Below are positions 13,260 through 27,691 of a stretch of DNA of 64,000 nucleotides, one piece after another (positions within the stretch are counted from its first letter, which is position 1; every line of letters begins with the position of its first letter). The notes under the pieces are model-generated. The model did not search any database. It saw only the letters and a program-made list of their open reading frames with translations, and was not told where the DNA came from. A program made the position numbers and the translations under genes. Source of the DNA: Eledone cirrhosa (taxonomy: Eukaryota); NCBI GenBank assembly GCA_964016885.1, contig OZ024742.1, forward strand, positions 77,996,001 through 78,060,000, in the 5' to 3' direction.

Positions 13260-14260
13260 TCAGCATTTCCTGGTTTTCTAGAATAATGTATTTTTCTTTT
13301 AGATCCCGTTGTTTGTGACGGTGCTACCTGTGGCTCGATACGTCGATTTCTATATGGAAAATTCGTCCACATAGCTCACTATGGTCATTTTCTACAAAAT
13401 CCGAATTTGACATTGCTGCTTGAAATATAATAGGCGATTTCTTTATATTTGAGGTTGGGTCCATTTCAAGGAATATGCAGGCCTCTCTTTTGTGCATTAA
13501 CTAGTTATCGCATTTATTCGTTGTTTTCATTGAACCAATCCTGGTTGTTCTTTTTTGTGAAAACATTGCATTTCTCTGTTGCTTCTTGAATATTTCGGAT
13601 TGTTGTGATCATTCAATACTGTCGTTGGTAGTGGTGGAGCTATTTGCCAACAACCCATTAGTGTATTCATCGTCTTTAAGTTTTGATGTGTCGAAATTCT
13701 GGCATTTTAACTGGACTGATGTTTTACAACAATGAGATTGTTGTCCGTTCAACAGTTTTCGGCATTCTTCTTTTTCTGTCTTGGCCTTAGTGACATGGTT
13801 CTTGTCGCATAGGCCAGTGCTAATTTAGTCAAAGGCGTGCCAATGCAAAGAACAGGTGTGTATATAAATAGTTTCAAAGTGGCTTTGGAGCCGGTCCTTA
13901 GTGTTGGTAATGAAGCATCCATCCTCAATGGAGATCCGATCAATAACTGAGTGTTTGCACTGCAGATCAGGCAGTCTATTTTACCATGACGCTGTCACAA
14001 AGGAGTTAGTTATTTTCTATTCTGGCGTTGAAACTGTCAAGCAAGATGAGCTTGTATTTAGGTTGCCCTTTGCAGAGAACCGTGTTATGCTACTGGTGAA
14101 ATTAGTTCATCTTCACTGGTGTCATGAGTAGATACATAGGTGGAGATGAAAGCAATGAATCTATACCTAGAGAGTAGGACATGAACAGTCAAGATTCTCA
14201 CATAGATGGCTGTCGGATGAGTTCATAGTCCTTCACATTCAGGTGTTTAGCTTACATTTT
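13260..14260 (-). mobile_element. Old RTE-like LINE, AP-endonuclease remnant
   Basis: Minus strand gives KYKLILLDSFNARIE, HWHAFD and C*TDNNLIVVK, degraded versions of the APE motifs GDFNAR, HWHxxD and TDH. Confidence 0.6.
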
Positions 14261-14281
14261 GTAGAGCCTTATACATGCACA

Positions 14282-14283
<2 letters not shown>

Positions 14284-14379
<96 letters not shown>

Positions 14380-14380
14380 A
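14284..14380. repeat. (CA)n microsatellite
   Basis: Direct reading. Many other (TA)n, (CA)n, (GA)n, (GATA)n and (TATG)n tracts occur, e.g. 15885-16022, 17828-17977, 24360-25225, 26650-27160 and 34610-34910. Confidence 0.97.
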
Positions 14381-14517
14381 CACAATCTCACTGACGCACA
14401 CATAGACACAGAGAGAGAAAGAGGGTCTGCGTAGCTGAGATCAGGGAGACCAAAATCATGGGAGTATTCAATGCATGGAGATATGCGGTCGGGTTTAAAC
14501 CTCTCTCTCTCTCTCCT

Positions 14518-14583
<66 letters not shown>

Positions 14584-14652
14584 TCTTTTACCTGCTTCAG
14601 CCATCCGGCTCAGGCCATGCTGGGGCACCGCCCTTGATATATATATATATAT

Positions 14653-15241
14653 ATAGTTATACTTAGGGAGGGTCATATTGTTTATAATATTGCCAGAAAT
14701 AATAACAGAACTCACTCACTGTTTGGGTTCGGTCGGTTTCGCTTCTGTATATTTTATATCTCCATAGTTAATTTATTTGGCAATCAATGTTTATCATTGA
14801 TTGACCAACGGCTAAAATTAGAAATATAAATATATATATATATAGTCTATCAAAGTTCTTTCGCCGCACATCTGTGACATCACCGGTGGTACTATTATGT
14901 TTCCTATTGTATTGTAATGTCTACGCCATTTTTATTTTATTTAGTTATTTATTCTTGTCTCTGTCTCTCTTTGCGCATGCGTTTGCGTGTGTGTTCGTGT
15001 TTGAGTGCTTGTGTTTTGGTTCTTGTATTCTATGTTTGTTCACTAGTGTGTGTTTATATGTGTTTGTTGTTATTGTACTTGGTGTATATTTTCATTTATT
15101 TATTTAGAAGCGACAACCAACTCAAAACAAACAGTAATTGTGTTCTGTTATTATTTCTGGCAATATTATAAAAATATGACCCTCCCCAAGTATAACAATA
15201 ATTGTTTCGACACTCGATTTCATGTCAAAAACCTTGCAAAA
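14653..15241 (-). mobile_element. Non-autonomous PLE fragment with inverted pLTR ends (same family as 17978 and 49496)
   Basis: gttatacttagggagggtcatatt...ccagaaataataacagaac (14656-14710) is inverted at 15145-15200. Degenerate HHR at about 14846-14890 on the minus strand. Inserted in (TA)n. Confidence 0.75.
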
Positions 15242-15256
15242 CATATATATATATAT

Positions 15257-16029
<773 letters not shown>

Positions 16030-17105
16030 GAATATTTACGTATCGAGAGAGAGAGAAAAGGAGGGATAGGTGATACATGTAGTTATTTGCCAAATAGCGT
16101 ATGCAGAGGGTGCTCGATACTAGTGCCGGTAGTGTTAAATATTAGAAGTGTTAATATCTAGTGGGCGAGAGAATAGCAGAGCGTAAGCAGGTGGAGAAGT
16201 AAAATACAGGAGAACAGACCGTTAAAGCATGTTTATTTAAAATACCACCTACGTATGTTTCGCCCGAATGGGCTTCTCGAGGGCATAATAACTAAAAACC
16301 GTTCCTTACATGACCCAGAATAGGTTTTTAGAGATAAGTTCACGCCAGAGTTCATTCTTCGTAAAAAAAACATGTTTTGATTTTGCAGTAGGTCAACGGA
16401 AATAACTCAGGTCGGTGTTAGGGCAGTCTTTTACGGACAAATTTTTTTATCCGATACAAGCATGTAGTTACTACCTTACCATTGCCGTTACGCACAGGGT
16501 GAGGTATGCAACGTTTGTTTCGAGACGTTTGTTTTCTGCGCCTGCCCGCTTGGGTCGATTCATGCCGTGTATGGGATGCATGGTTAGTTTCCAGATGTTT
16601 TTAGCAGCGCCTGCCCGCCGGGGTGTTAAAGCTTGATGCAGGGAGACCCGGTTTACGGTTTAACTCTTCGTTCTTATTCCATCTGAAGTAGGATATTTTT
16701 AAACGGTGTGTACAGTTTATCGTCGTTTCAGCTCTGTTGTTGATGAGCTCGTAGGGTGCCGTTATGATGTGGTAGAGCTCCATGAGGCAAAGCTCGCACT
16801 TCCTTTTGAAGTTGTACGGTGCAGCCCTTCCGATAATTTCCCAGCCCTGAACAGCAGTCTCTCTAAAGATGGTGTCTCGATAAAAACACCTGGATATAGG
16901 GTTGGCATCCCACATCTTGTATCAGTTACCAAAAGAACTATCATGGCGTCCACTAACTGCGCCAGGGTCCAAGCCTCTGCTTTTCCAGTTCCCAACTCAA
17001 ACCTTGTTTCCTACGAAACGAATGACCAGTCACCTCTTAACTCTGATGTTTAAGTCTTTTAATGCTCTGATGTAGTTCGCGAGCGAAGTGGAGTGTCTTA
17101 ATTTC
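16030..17105 (-). mobile_element. Naiad-type PLE 3' fragment with pLTR and degenerate HHR
   Basis: WEIIGRAAPYNFKRKCELCLMELYHI...INNRAE...CTHR matches the GIY-YIG C-terminus. Minus strand 16287-16242 reads ctcgagaa-GCCC attc GGGC-GAAAC atac GTA followed by AATAAA. Confidence 0.8.
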
Positions 17106-17129
17106 TTATATATATATAATTTCTCATAA

Positions 17130-17194
<65 letters not shown>

Positions 17195-17214
17195 CACACA
17201 TATAGATGTGTATG

Positions 17215-17790
17215 TCGTTGAAGGCTAAAAGAAAAGAACTAAAGAGTACTCGATACCGAAGTAGAGTTTTAACATTAATTTGTTTTAAGGTTAAATAGTG
17301 AATGTTGTTCCTCTGGAGATTTGCCTGTTTATCACAGGGTATCAGACAAGAACTAACGGTTAAATAGCAGACACAATGTAAAGAAAGACCCGAGATCTTT
17401 CTTTAGGAGGGATAATTAAGATATGTGGCAGCGTGCTAGTTTCGTGTATATCACTTATCAGAGTGTCTACAGGTCGTCCGATCGTTAAGAAAGCGTTCTT
17501 TAAACCTGCCCTCCGCCATGCCTACATATGTTTTGACGACCTGCTGTTCGTTTGATCGAATGGATGTAACCTCAGCCTCATAGACTACTGTGGGTATGTT
17601 ATACTGTTGCTGAAAAGGACATACTCCTGGTCTTCTGCAAGAGCATGTGGATGGGGGAAATCTTTGGAGTTGGTGGTGATTTAGGTGTTCATAATTTTAG
17701 TTCCTGTACTCGGCACAGCATTACTCGGGCTGAAAATCCGCTGGGTGAAAAGAGTGTCCTCCAGTATGGTTTCCTAATTTATTGTGGAAC
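17215..17790 (-). mobile_element. Naiad-type PLE fragment
   Basis: Minus strand translates TCSCRRPGVCPF...VVYEAEV...KTYVGMAEGRFKERF (CxCx5C linker plus GIY-YIG). Confidence 0.8.
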
Positions 17791-17824
17791 TAACTCTCTC
17801 TTTCTCCTTTTCTCCCCCCTCCCC

Positions 17825-19019
<1,195 letters not shown>

Positions 19020-19729
19020 TATACATGGTAACTCAGTGCAATTCCTAGATTACTACTACAAACCCAAAGTTCACTCACCACACAAACTTCGTCTGTCCCC
19101 TCTCTACCTATCTCTCTCTACATCCATTACACTCTCTCTCTCGCCTTTGGCCTACCTCCCTCTCAACATCTATGAACCTGCCCTCTGGGGCAATAAATAA
19201 TTCCGACCTTAACTATCAACGCATCTCTCCAAAAGTAACCAGTATAATAAAACCCCTACCATAACATTTTGATTAAGATATCTACAAGTCACTCTCTCCT
19301 ACTTCTCCAACCCCTGCATATCTTTCTTTCTCTCTCCCTCTTCCCTACTTTTCTCTCTTCCTTTTCTACTCTATCTTCCCCAACAACCCCACTTAAGGGT
19401 ATTTACATTGTACATTTTACCATTCTGCTCTGAGGAAACAGTGGTCACAGCATTGGATATTTGAGTTCTGCAAGTACTTGTGAATTTGCACGTAGCATAC
19501 CTAGGCTGCAGTACCACCGTGGAAACACTTGTAAGCACACGGAATAAATTACCTTTTTATGATGTCTACCTGTTATTATTCATTCTTTATATACACTCCG
19601 GAATACTGAAGGATCAGGAACTAAGTTTCTTCAACAATTCTTCCATAACTCGTAGAGTAACCTCTTACCGTACGTCAACCATATCCAGTGTAGTAATTAA
19701 CCATTACTACATCTTGGATAATCCTATAC

Positions 19730-19735
<6 letters not shown>
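19020..19735 (+). mobile_element. PLE 3' UTR/pLTR fragment joined in opposite orientation to the 17978-19019 element
   Basis: Short C-terminal-like tail, pyrimidine-rich UTR, HHR, AATAAA, then (TA)n. Confidence 0.6.
19426..19537 (+). ncRNA. Type I hammerhead ribozyme with about 85-nt stem II (slightly decayed)
   Basis: tgct-CTGAGGA(19430-36)-aacagtggt...accaccgtg-GAAAC actt GTA-agca, followed by AATAAA. Confidence 0.75.
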
Positions 19736-19805
<70 letters not shown>

Positions 19806-19835
19806 AAAGAATAGTGGTGTAACACACAAGTTATT

Positions 19836-20227
19836 ATATATTGGTAAACGGAATAGAAAATGCTGACAAATTTTCACAGTTGAAAAATGGTTTAATTAGG
19901 AATAAAAGAGTATTAGTGATTGTATGGGTTAGTATTCAGTTGTGGTTTTAAGTTTTTAAGTTTTTACTGGTTGCGCATTTCTAAATGCTTTTCAAAAATA
20001 ATTTTGAGATAGAGTGTCCGTGCTGTTTGCTCTGATCAGTGCAAACAGCACGGACACTCTATCTCAAAATTATTTTTGAAAAGCATTTAGAAATGCGCAA
20101 CCGGTAAAAACTTAAAAACTTAAAACCACAACTGAATACTAACCCATACAATCACTAATACACTTTTATTCCTAATTAAACCATTTTTCACCTGTGAACA
20201 ATTTGTCAGCATTTACTATTCCGTTTA

Positions 20228-20235
<8 letters not shown>
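19836..20235. repeat. Spacerless palindrome, about 200-bp arms
   Basis: Centre ctgatcag at 20032-20039. Arms ttggtaaacggaatag... / ...ctattccgtttaccaa with few mismatches, flanked by TA runs. Confidence 0.95.
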
Positions 20236-20299
<64 letters not shown>

Positions 20300-20304
<5 letters not shown>

Positions 20305-20665
20305 AAGGTGAGGAAAAGGGACTGTTTTGAACTGCCTGCTTTTGAACAAAATCTCGTTTGCCAGAGCAAAACTGCTTTGACAAGACACGAACAAAGTCAT
20401 ATCAGTGGACCTCATGTAGATTACGAAAACCATGTTCTGTAAAGCAGTAGGGAATGTGGCAAGAAATGTGCAAGTATGGGACGTCTTAAAAGACATATGA
20501 GAATGCAATCTGAAACAGTGGAAAGTCTCAGAGGAATCTACAGTTGCCATGTATGTACCAAAGGATGCAGCTCTTTAGCTGGTTTGAAGAGCTATTTTCG
20601 TGCCTCATATTTTGTAGCACTTTATTGAGCGATAGCAATGTTCGAACACGAGTTTGCGGCCATCA
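20300..20665 (+). mobile_element. Probable RTE LINE 3' end with degenerate C2H2-like fingers
   Basis: Translates ...ECGKKCASMGRLKRHMR and CHVCTKGCSSLAGLKSYFRA, followed by a short stem-loop-like 3' UTR. A ZNF pseudogene fragment is not excluded. Confidence 0.5.
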
Positions 20666-21614
20666 TATAAATATGTATATATATATATATATATGTACAC
20701 TATATTCTACGTATGTGTAATTGAGCACTTTGATGTCTTCTACAATGAAGCAAATAGATCTAACCATATTGTTTACCACACACATACACACACACATAGA
20801 GACACATATACACACACACACATTTCTTGTTTGTCAAAAATAATACATAGTCAGACGCATATGTATACGTTGTAACAAGCACGATAGATTTCCAAATAGC
20901 CGTATATTTTGTAGATGTTCTTCACTGGGTTAGTATTGTAGTATTGTTCTGATATAAAGATGTAAAAGTAAACGTAGTATTAGTATGGCTAAAGCTAAAA
21001 ATGGCCCATCAATTCGTCGCCATTTAGCCGTCACTCTTCAAAAGACTTAAAAGACCTCATTTACATATTGTGCTCTGTTCTTGCCCAAACTTTCAATGTC
21101 TGCTGAAGCGAAAATGAACTGGTACTCACACACACAAACACACTTACACACACTGACACTGACAAACACCCATTCACACATATTCAAACATCATACACAC
21201 ACATACCTACTTACACCCACTCACACTAACATAAATTCTCAAACACACACACACCTACAAACACATGCATTGTCACGTATACATACACACAGGGGTATAA
21301 CACTTGGATATTGACACGCATACATATAGATACGTATGCATATAAGCATATGTAACTAGACAAAAATGCATACATACTTTCATACATAGAAAACTGAACA
21401 AAGTAAGACATTAAAAACATTAAAAACAAATACATGAAAACATTTCAATGGAAAGGATAGAAAAATATATAAAAATACACTAACAAAATAGCAAATAGAA
21501 ACGACTATTTATTATAAATCCAGAAACTATGAGAGAGGGGGAACTAGAAGTGGGATAAAGAAATAAAAAAAATATTGAGACACTAATTGGCGAATAACAC
21601 AAACTGTCATAGAC

Positions 21615-23020
21615 CTATAATGTAGAAAACATCTCAACTATCAAAGTAACCAAATACACTCTCTCCATTAATAGCAACAACAAAAACACCAACAACAAAG
21701 ATACTAGCACCATTAAGCTGAATAACAGCATCAATATTCTTATAGTCACCATCGTCGTCATCATCATAATCCTCGTCATTATAACCATTAAACTTTGTAG
21801 AACCAGCAACATCGCCATTACTCCACCACAACTACCACAACTACCACTACCATCCCCATCACCACCACCACCACCTTGACACCCATTAATAGCAGCAACA
21901 ATAACAACAACAATACAATAACAATAACAACAATAAACAATAGACACACCCATCAAAGAATACAACTATCATCACAGCCATCATTGTTATCATACTTATC
22001 GTATTCATTATACTGATCATCATCATCATCATCATCATCCTCATCGTCATCATCACAATCATCATAAAAAAGAGTCTCAACACCCACAGCAGCATTACCA
22101 ACAGAATCTCTATCATGACCATCTGTTATATATATAATCAATATCAAGAAAATTACAACAGTCACAGCTTCTGCTATCAACATTATCATCAACATCAACA
22201 TTATCATATTCGACAGCATCATGTGCACAATTACCATCATCATCAATATAATAATCAAAACAGAATCATCTTAACCATCATCAACGCTATGCCCATCTAT
22301 CATCATCGTTATCAATATCAACAACATCATTTTAATCATCAACACCCACACTATCGCCTTCATCATTATCATTATGAACAACATCATCATCACCAACGTC
22401 AGCACCATCACCATCATTATCACCATAATAACCATCTTCATTATCATCATCATAATTATAGTCATGTAGACCAGAATCTCACCAATATCAGCATCACACC
22501 GATGTCAGAAATGAAGGCATCTAGAGTTGTCTGGTACCACATTTATTACAGTGTCAAGAAACTCTCAGGAGACCTGGATAACAGGTCTTCAGAGAAGAAA
22601 ACCCCACCTCAAGCAAGTGTTTCGGTCCTTAACTTCGGAAACGAAACGAAAATATCTAGTGTTGTTTGGCACCACATTACATATATCATCACTAGAAAAA
22701 CTACTGAAACACATCATTGTTCACTGCAATCATCACTATTATCAATGGCATTATTACAACTACCACCGACTTTCGACATCAGAAAATGCACAACTAGTAT
22801 CATCTCGAATATTTCCAACATCATTATCATCATTCGTCTTCTGTTTATTTTTCTAAAACCAGTCTTTGTATTCTTCTTCTTCTTCTTCTTAATTCTTTCG
22901 TTTTTTTTCTTCTATTTTCTTTTTTTTCTTGTTTTTATGTTTGTTCTTGTTTTTCTTCTTCTTCTTCTTCTTCTTCTTCTTCTTCTTCTTCTTCTTCTTC
23001 TTCTTCTTCTTCTTCTTCTT

Positions 23021-23051
<31 letters not shown>

Positions 23052-23520
23052 ATTCTTTCGTTTTCTTTTTTCTTCTATTCTTTTTTCTTTTTTTTTCTTG
23101 TTTTTCTTGTTTTTCTTCTTCTTCTTCTTCTTCTTCTTCTTCTTCTTCTTCTTCTTCTTCTTCTTCTTCTTCCTGTTTTCTAATGTTTTCGGTATCATCG
23201 TCATCGACATCATCATCATCATTCACCATTAATATCAACATCATCATCATAACAGCACTACTATGTAAAGAGTAACATCGACTGAATCATCCTAACTATG
23301 GACCCAATTATGACTGTAATGACTAGTATTCGGATGGTGAAATGGCAATGATGAGGATAAAGGTTATGATACGACAATGATCATTATGATGATGGTGAGG
23401 AGGAGGATACAGATAGTGACTATGACCGCAGTAACGACGTAACGTTGTTAATGTTAATGATGATGATGGTCCCGTCCACGGCGACGATAACGAATCTGAT
23501 GATAATATTGACCATGATGC
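21615..23520. repeat. Compound low-complexity trinucleotide region (CAA/CAT/CAC, TTC, GAT)
   Basis: Direct reading. It explains the His/Leu/Ser-rich 386-aa ORF 22115-23275. Confidence 0.9.
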
Positions 23521-23534
23521 GGTAGATTGGCAAA

Positions 23535-23760
23535 GGGTGGTGGATTGGCAGGATCGGTAGAGGGTCGGACGCCATGCTTTGCAGCATAGAGTTACGGCCC
23601 TTTATGATCTGAGTTCAAATCCCGCCGAGGTTAACTTTGCATTTCATCCTTACGTACGGGATCGATAACATAAAGCACCAGTAACGTACTGGGTTGATTT
23701 AATCGACTTTCTCCATCCTCCCAAATTACTGGCCTTGTGCCTATACTAGAAATCAATATT
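23535..23760 (+). mobile_element. tRNA-derived SINE (Meta-domain-like core)
   Basis: A-box-like tggcaggatcgg, B-box gagttcaaatccc, core ctttgcatttcatccttac...gatcgataa...accag, tail ggccttgtgcctatactagaaa. Confidence 0.85.
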
Positions 23761-24360
23761 AACCATGATGACGATGATGACGATGATGACGATGATGACG
23801 ATGATGACGATGATGACGATGATGACGATGATGATGAAAAAAAATGATGAGTCCGCTGATGATGATCAACGACAACAAGACTATACAACAACAGATATTA
23901 CCACCCACATATATCGACTAATGTTTTCTTTGCTTGTGTCTCAATAGCAAACAACAGTTACAAGACAATAACAGAGCGAATTTAAAAAAAAAAGTGACAT
24001 GGAGATTTCACACAGAATTCTCATAAGGGAAAAACAACCAAATGTAATGAAAAAAAAAATCAAAACTCTATTTTCTTTTATATAAGTATATATATTTTTC
24101 GTCTATTTCCTGTTTTTCTCCACTGATGTGTTAGGTAACTCAAGGGAAAATAGTGCTTACACTTTACCATAGTAATTCTATTTTACGTTTTTATACATAT
24201 ATAACATTTCTGCATTATATCTTCTGTTTTATAGTTTACTTTTTGCTCCTTTAATGGCTCGAAGTTTAAGATGTAAACATGATATAAGATTTATTTTGTC
24301 AACATAAGTTTTATTACTTAGTATGATGTGTACTTTGTATTTTTTCTTCATTGACACACA

Positions 24361-24394
<34 letters not shown>

Positions 24395-24417
24395 TCACAC
24401 ACACACACACACACATA

Positions 24418-24463
<46 letters not shown>

Positions 24464-24992
24464 TTTATGTATATTTGTATATATACATTTATATATGTAT
24501 ATTTATATATGTATATTTATATATATATACATATATATATATTTATATATATATACTTTTATTTATATACTTATATATATGTGTGTGAGTGTATGTGTGT
24601 GTGTATGTGTGTATGTGTGTGTACGTGCGTGCTTCTGTTTGTGTGCATGTATGTATTTATTCAGTAGTATCAACAACTATAGTATACATAATAAACAGCA
24701 ATCACTATCACTAATACCACAACACCAGAATATTACCTAATAGAGTAATATACGCTTTTAACATTTCCCATATTAAGTGTTGCTATATTTCTATATTTGG
24801 TTTTGCGTTTATTTTTTACAAAGAATATTGCCTAAAACAAATTAACAGAGAAAAGTACAGCGTAAGCATTTGAGTAGCACTTACACAAACACAGTCACAT
24901 AAATATGTATGTAAAATATATACGTAAAATTACATTTGTGTATATGTGTATGTATATATATATGTGTGTGTGTGTGTGTATGCCTATATATA

Positions 24993-25051
<59 letters not shown>

Positions 25052-25159
25052 TTACATATATATGTATATATGTATTTTTTCTAACGTACCGGGACACACA
25101 CGCACACATATGTGTGTGTGCATGTGTATGCGTGTGCATGTGTATGCGTGTGCATACAT

Positions 25160-25193
<34 letters not shown>

Positions 25194-26721
25194 TCGCGCG
25201 CGCGTGCGTGCGTGTGTGTGTGTGCGTAAATACATAGATTGAAGCATACATATAGGTGATATTGTGTATCTGCGCCAGTGAAGGCGAATGTTGTATCATA
25301 TAGTATTGGAATATATTTCGTTATTTTGTCGAACAATTTATGATTTTTAGAAAAAGCCTATATGAATTTATGAATGAATTTTATTTGTAAATATTTATAT
25401 CATGCTATTTAATGTAGTTAAATCTGCTACATTGAAGTAGGATCTATAAGCTGGGAATTCGGGGTTAATGGTATAGTTTCGGCAAAGATTAAGAGGATTT
25501 AATCGTCAAGATCGCCACACGACACACGAGTTAATACCATTATGACAGCACACTTTCCAACACTAAGTGAATTTAATCATTGGCTAAGAAGAATAGATAT
25601 ATACGTGTATGTATGTGAATGTATTTGTGTGTGTATATGTGTAAGTGAGCGTCTTTATAAACGTTTAGGAGTCAAATGTACATGTTTAGTAAAATGCAAC
25701 CTCCCACATATTTACATATTGGCAATAAACTGATCCTATGTATTCATTCATTAGCCATAGCACCGGCTCAACATGATTGCTTTAAGTAATAGGTAATAAT
25801 TCTGAAATAAATATACACAGTGCTCTTCCACTAGTACTGAATTAGCCTTGATATGCTCACAGCTTCAAATACTCCAGTGAGATTATATACATAATCATGT
25901 TGTATATTGGCCCATATCTGGTTTTATAATTAATTTGGAATTATAATAGCCTGAGATGTGGTCAAAGAAAACCTCTGTTCAGTGCAAGATATATATAGAG
26001 TTCATGTATGCATAGGAACAAATTCTTTATCATATATGTGCTTTACCTTAAAACATTTTCACAACCATCTAGTAAAGATTACTTGACATTTCAGATATTC
26101 TGCTGATTCTATCATGGAACAGAATAGACAGAACTAAATATAACCAGAGTATCGCGAATATTAGTTACATGGTTACAAAACATTAAACTAATAATTGCTC
26201 TAAATGTTAGAATTTGTTTGATTAGTATTCCAGTTTTTTCTGAAACTCGATATTTTGACATTTATTCCGTTCATAGGTCGAAGTGGAAAAAGTAAAATAT
26301 TCGATATAGACAAAATCCACTGCGTATTATTCAGTGAGCTTCCAGGCTTCGATTTATATGGAAGAAAGAGCTCTATATTTTATTGCAAACACACTCTACA
26401 TTAAGGAATTAATACAGATATTCATGAATATTACATAATCACATCGTTTAACCTTATATGGATATATTCTAGCCATTCACAGGTCAAAATATTTCTAAGC
26501 ACGAATCGGTGTTTCCATAAAAGTCACTGAACCCCTACACTTTTATTTCTTTCATTGTTATATTAATGGACAGAGTCATCTATCAAACAATGTAGTTGTC
26601 AAAAGGAATCTGATATATAAACGTACGCAATCCCATTTATGTATTTAACTGTGTGTGTGTATGTAAGCCTGTATATATGAATGTATGTATATACGTATGT
26701 ACGTATGTATGTATGTATAGG

Positions 26722-26752
<31 letters not shown>

Positions 26753-27069
26753 TGTATGTATGTATGTATGTATGTATATATTTATGTATGCATATATATG
26801 TATGTATTTATGGATGTATATATGCATGTATGTATGCATGTATGTATAGTATATATGAACATACATTTATATCTCATATGTTATATAATTCCATACACAA
26901 ACATATGTATATAGATATATATCTATGTATTTAAGTACATTTTTTAATGTATATATATATATATATATGTGTGTACATGTGTGCGTGCGTGTATTAGTGC
27001 ATGTATTTGTGCGTGTAATTGTGCATGTGTGTGCGTGTTGTGTGTGTGTATGTGTGAGAGTGAGAGAGA

Positions 27070-27141
<72 letters not shown>

Positions 27142-27691
27142 GAGAGAGAGAGAGAGAGAAAATGTGTGCAAGCGTGTATAGTTGCGTTCGCCTGTACGAT
27201 TCCCATTCTTAGAGGAATCCTTCCATATGTAACTACCAGTGATTGATACGTATGCTTCCTTGTCTTAAACTGAAGAAATATACATTAATATCACTTACTG
27301 CGAAACCTGAACCCACATAAAAATATTTGACTCCGAACATCTATTTCACCGTTCTTTATATAGGAAACACTTTTATCTCTCAGAACTGAAAACTGCAGTT
27401 ATCGCTGGAGACCATAAGGTAATCATTCACGTCAAGATTCACACATTCACCAATATATAGAAGTACACATAAACACATACATATACAAACACACATATAT
27501 ATATCCATATATACACACCTCCACCCATACATCCATACATACATCTATACATACATACATACATACATACATACATACATACATACATACATACATGCAG
27601 GCATTCAAAGATGCCACATTGGTAAATAGGTAACTAAATACGCACGCATCACACTCATACATACACATATATACATACACACACATACATA

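Noticed and set aside
17433-17470. HHR-like string ctgataagtgatatacacgaaac on the minus strand
   Set aside because: It continues the GIY-YIG reading frame (RHSDK...KLA, compare RHPEKRFTTALA near 62940), lacks G8 and has no stem I. It is probably coding remnant.
22115-23275. 386-aa His/Leu/Ser-rich ORF
   Set aside because: It is produced by trinucleotide microsatellites and has no domain signature.
23535-23630. tRNA gene
   Set aside because: The A/B boxes belong to a SINE head repeated at six or more loci, and no cloverleaf forms.
24229-27686. Numerous YI/CV/HT/ER-repeat ORFs here and across the window
   Set aside because: They are translations of dinucleotide and tetranucleotide microsatellites.
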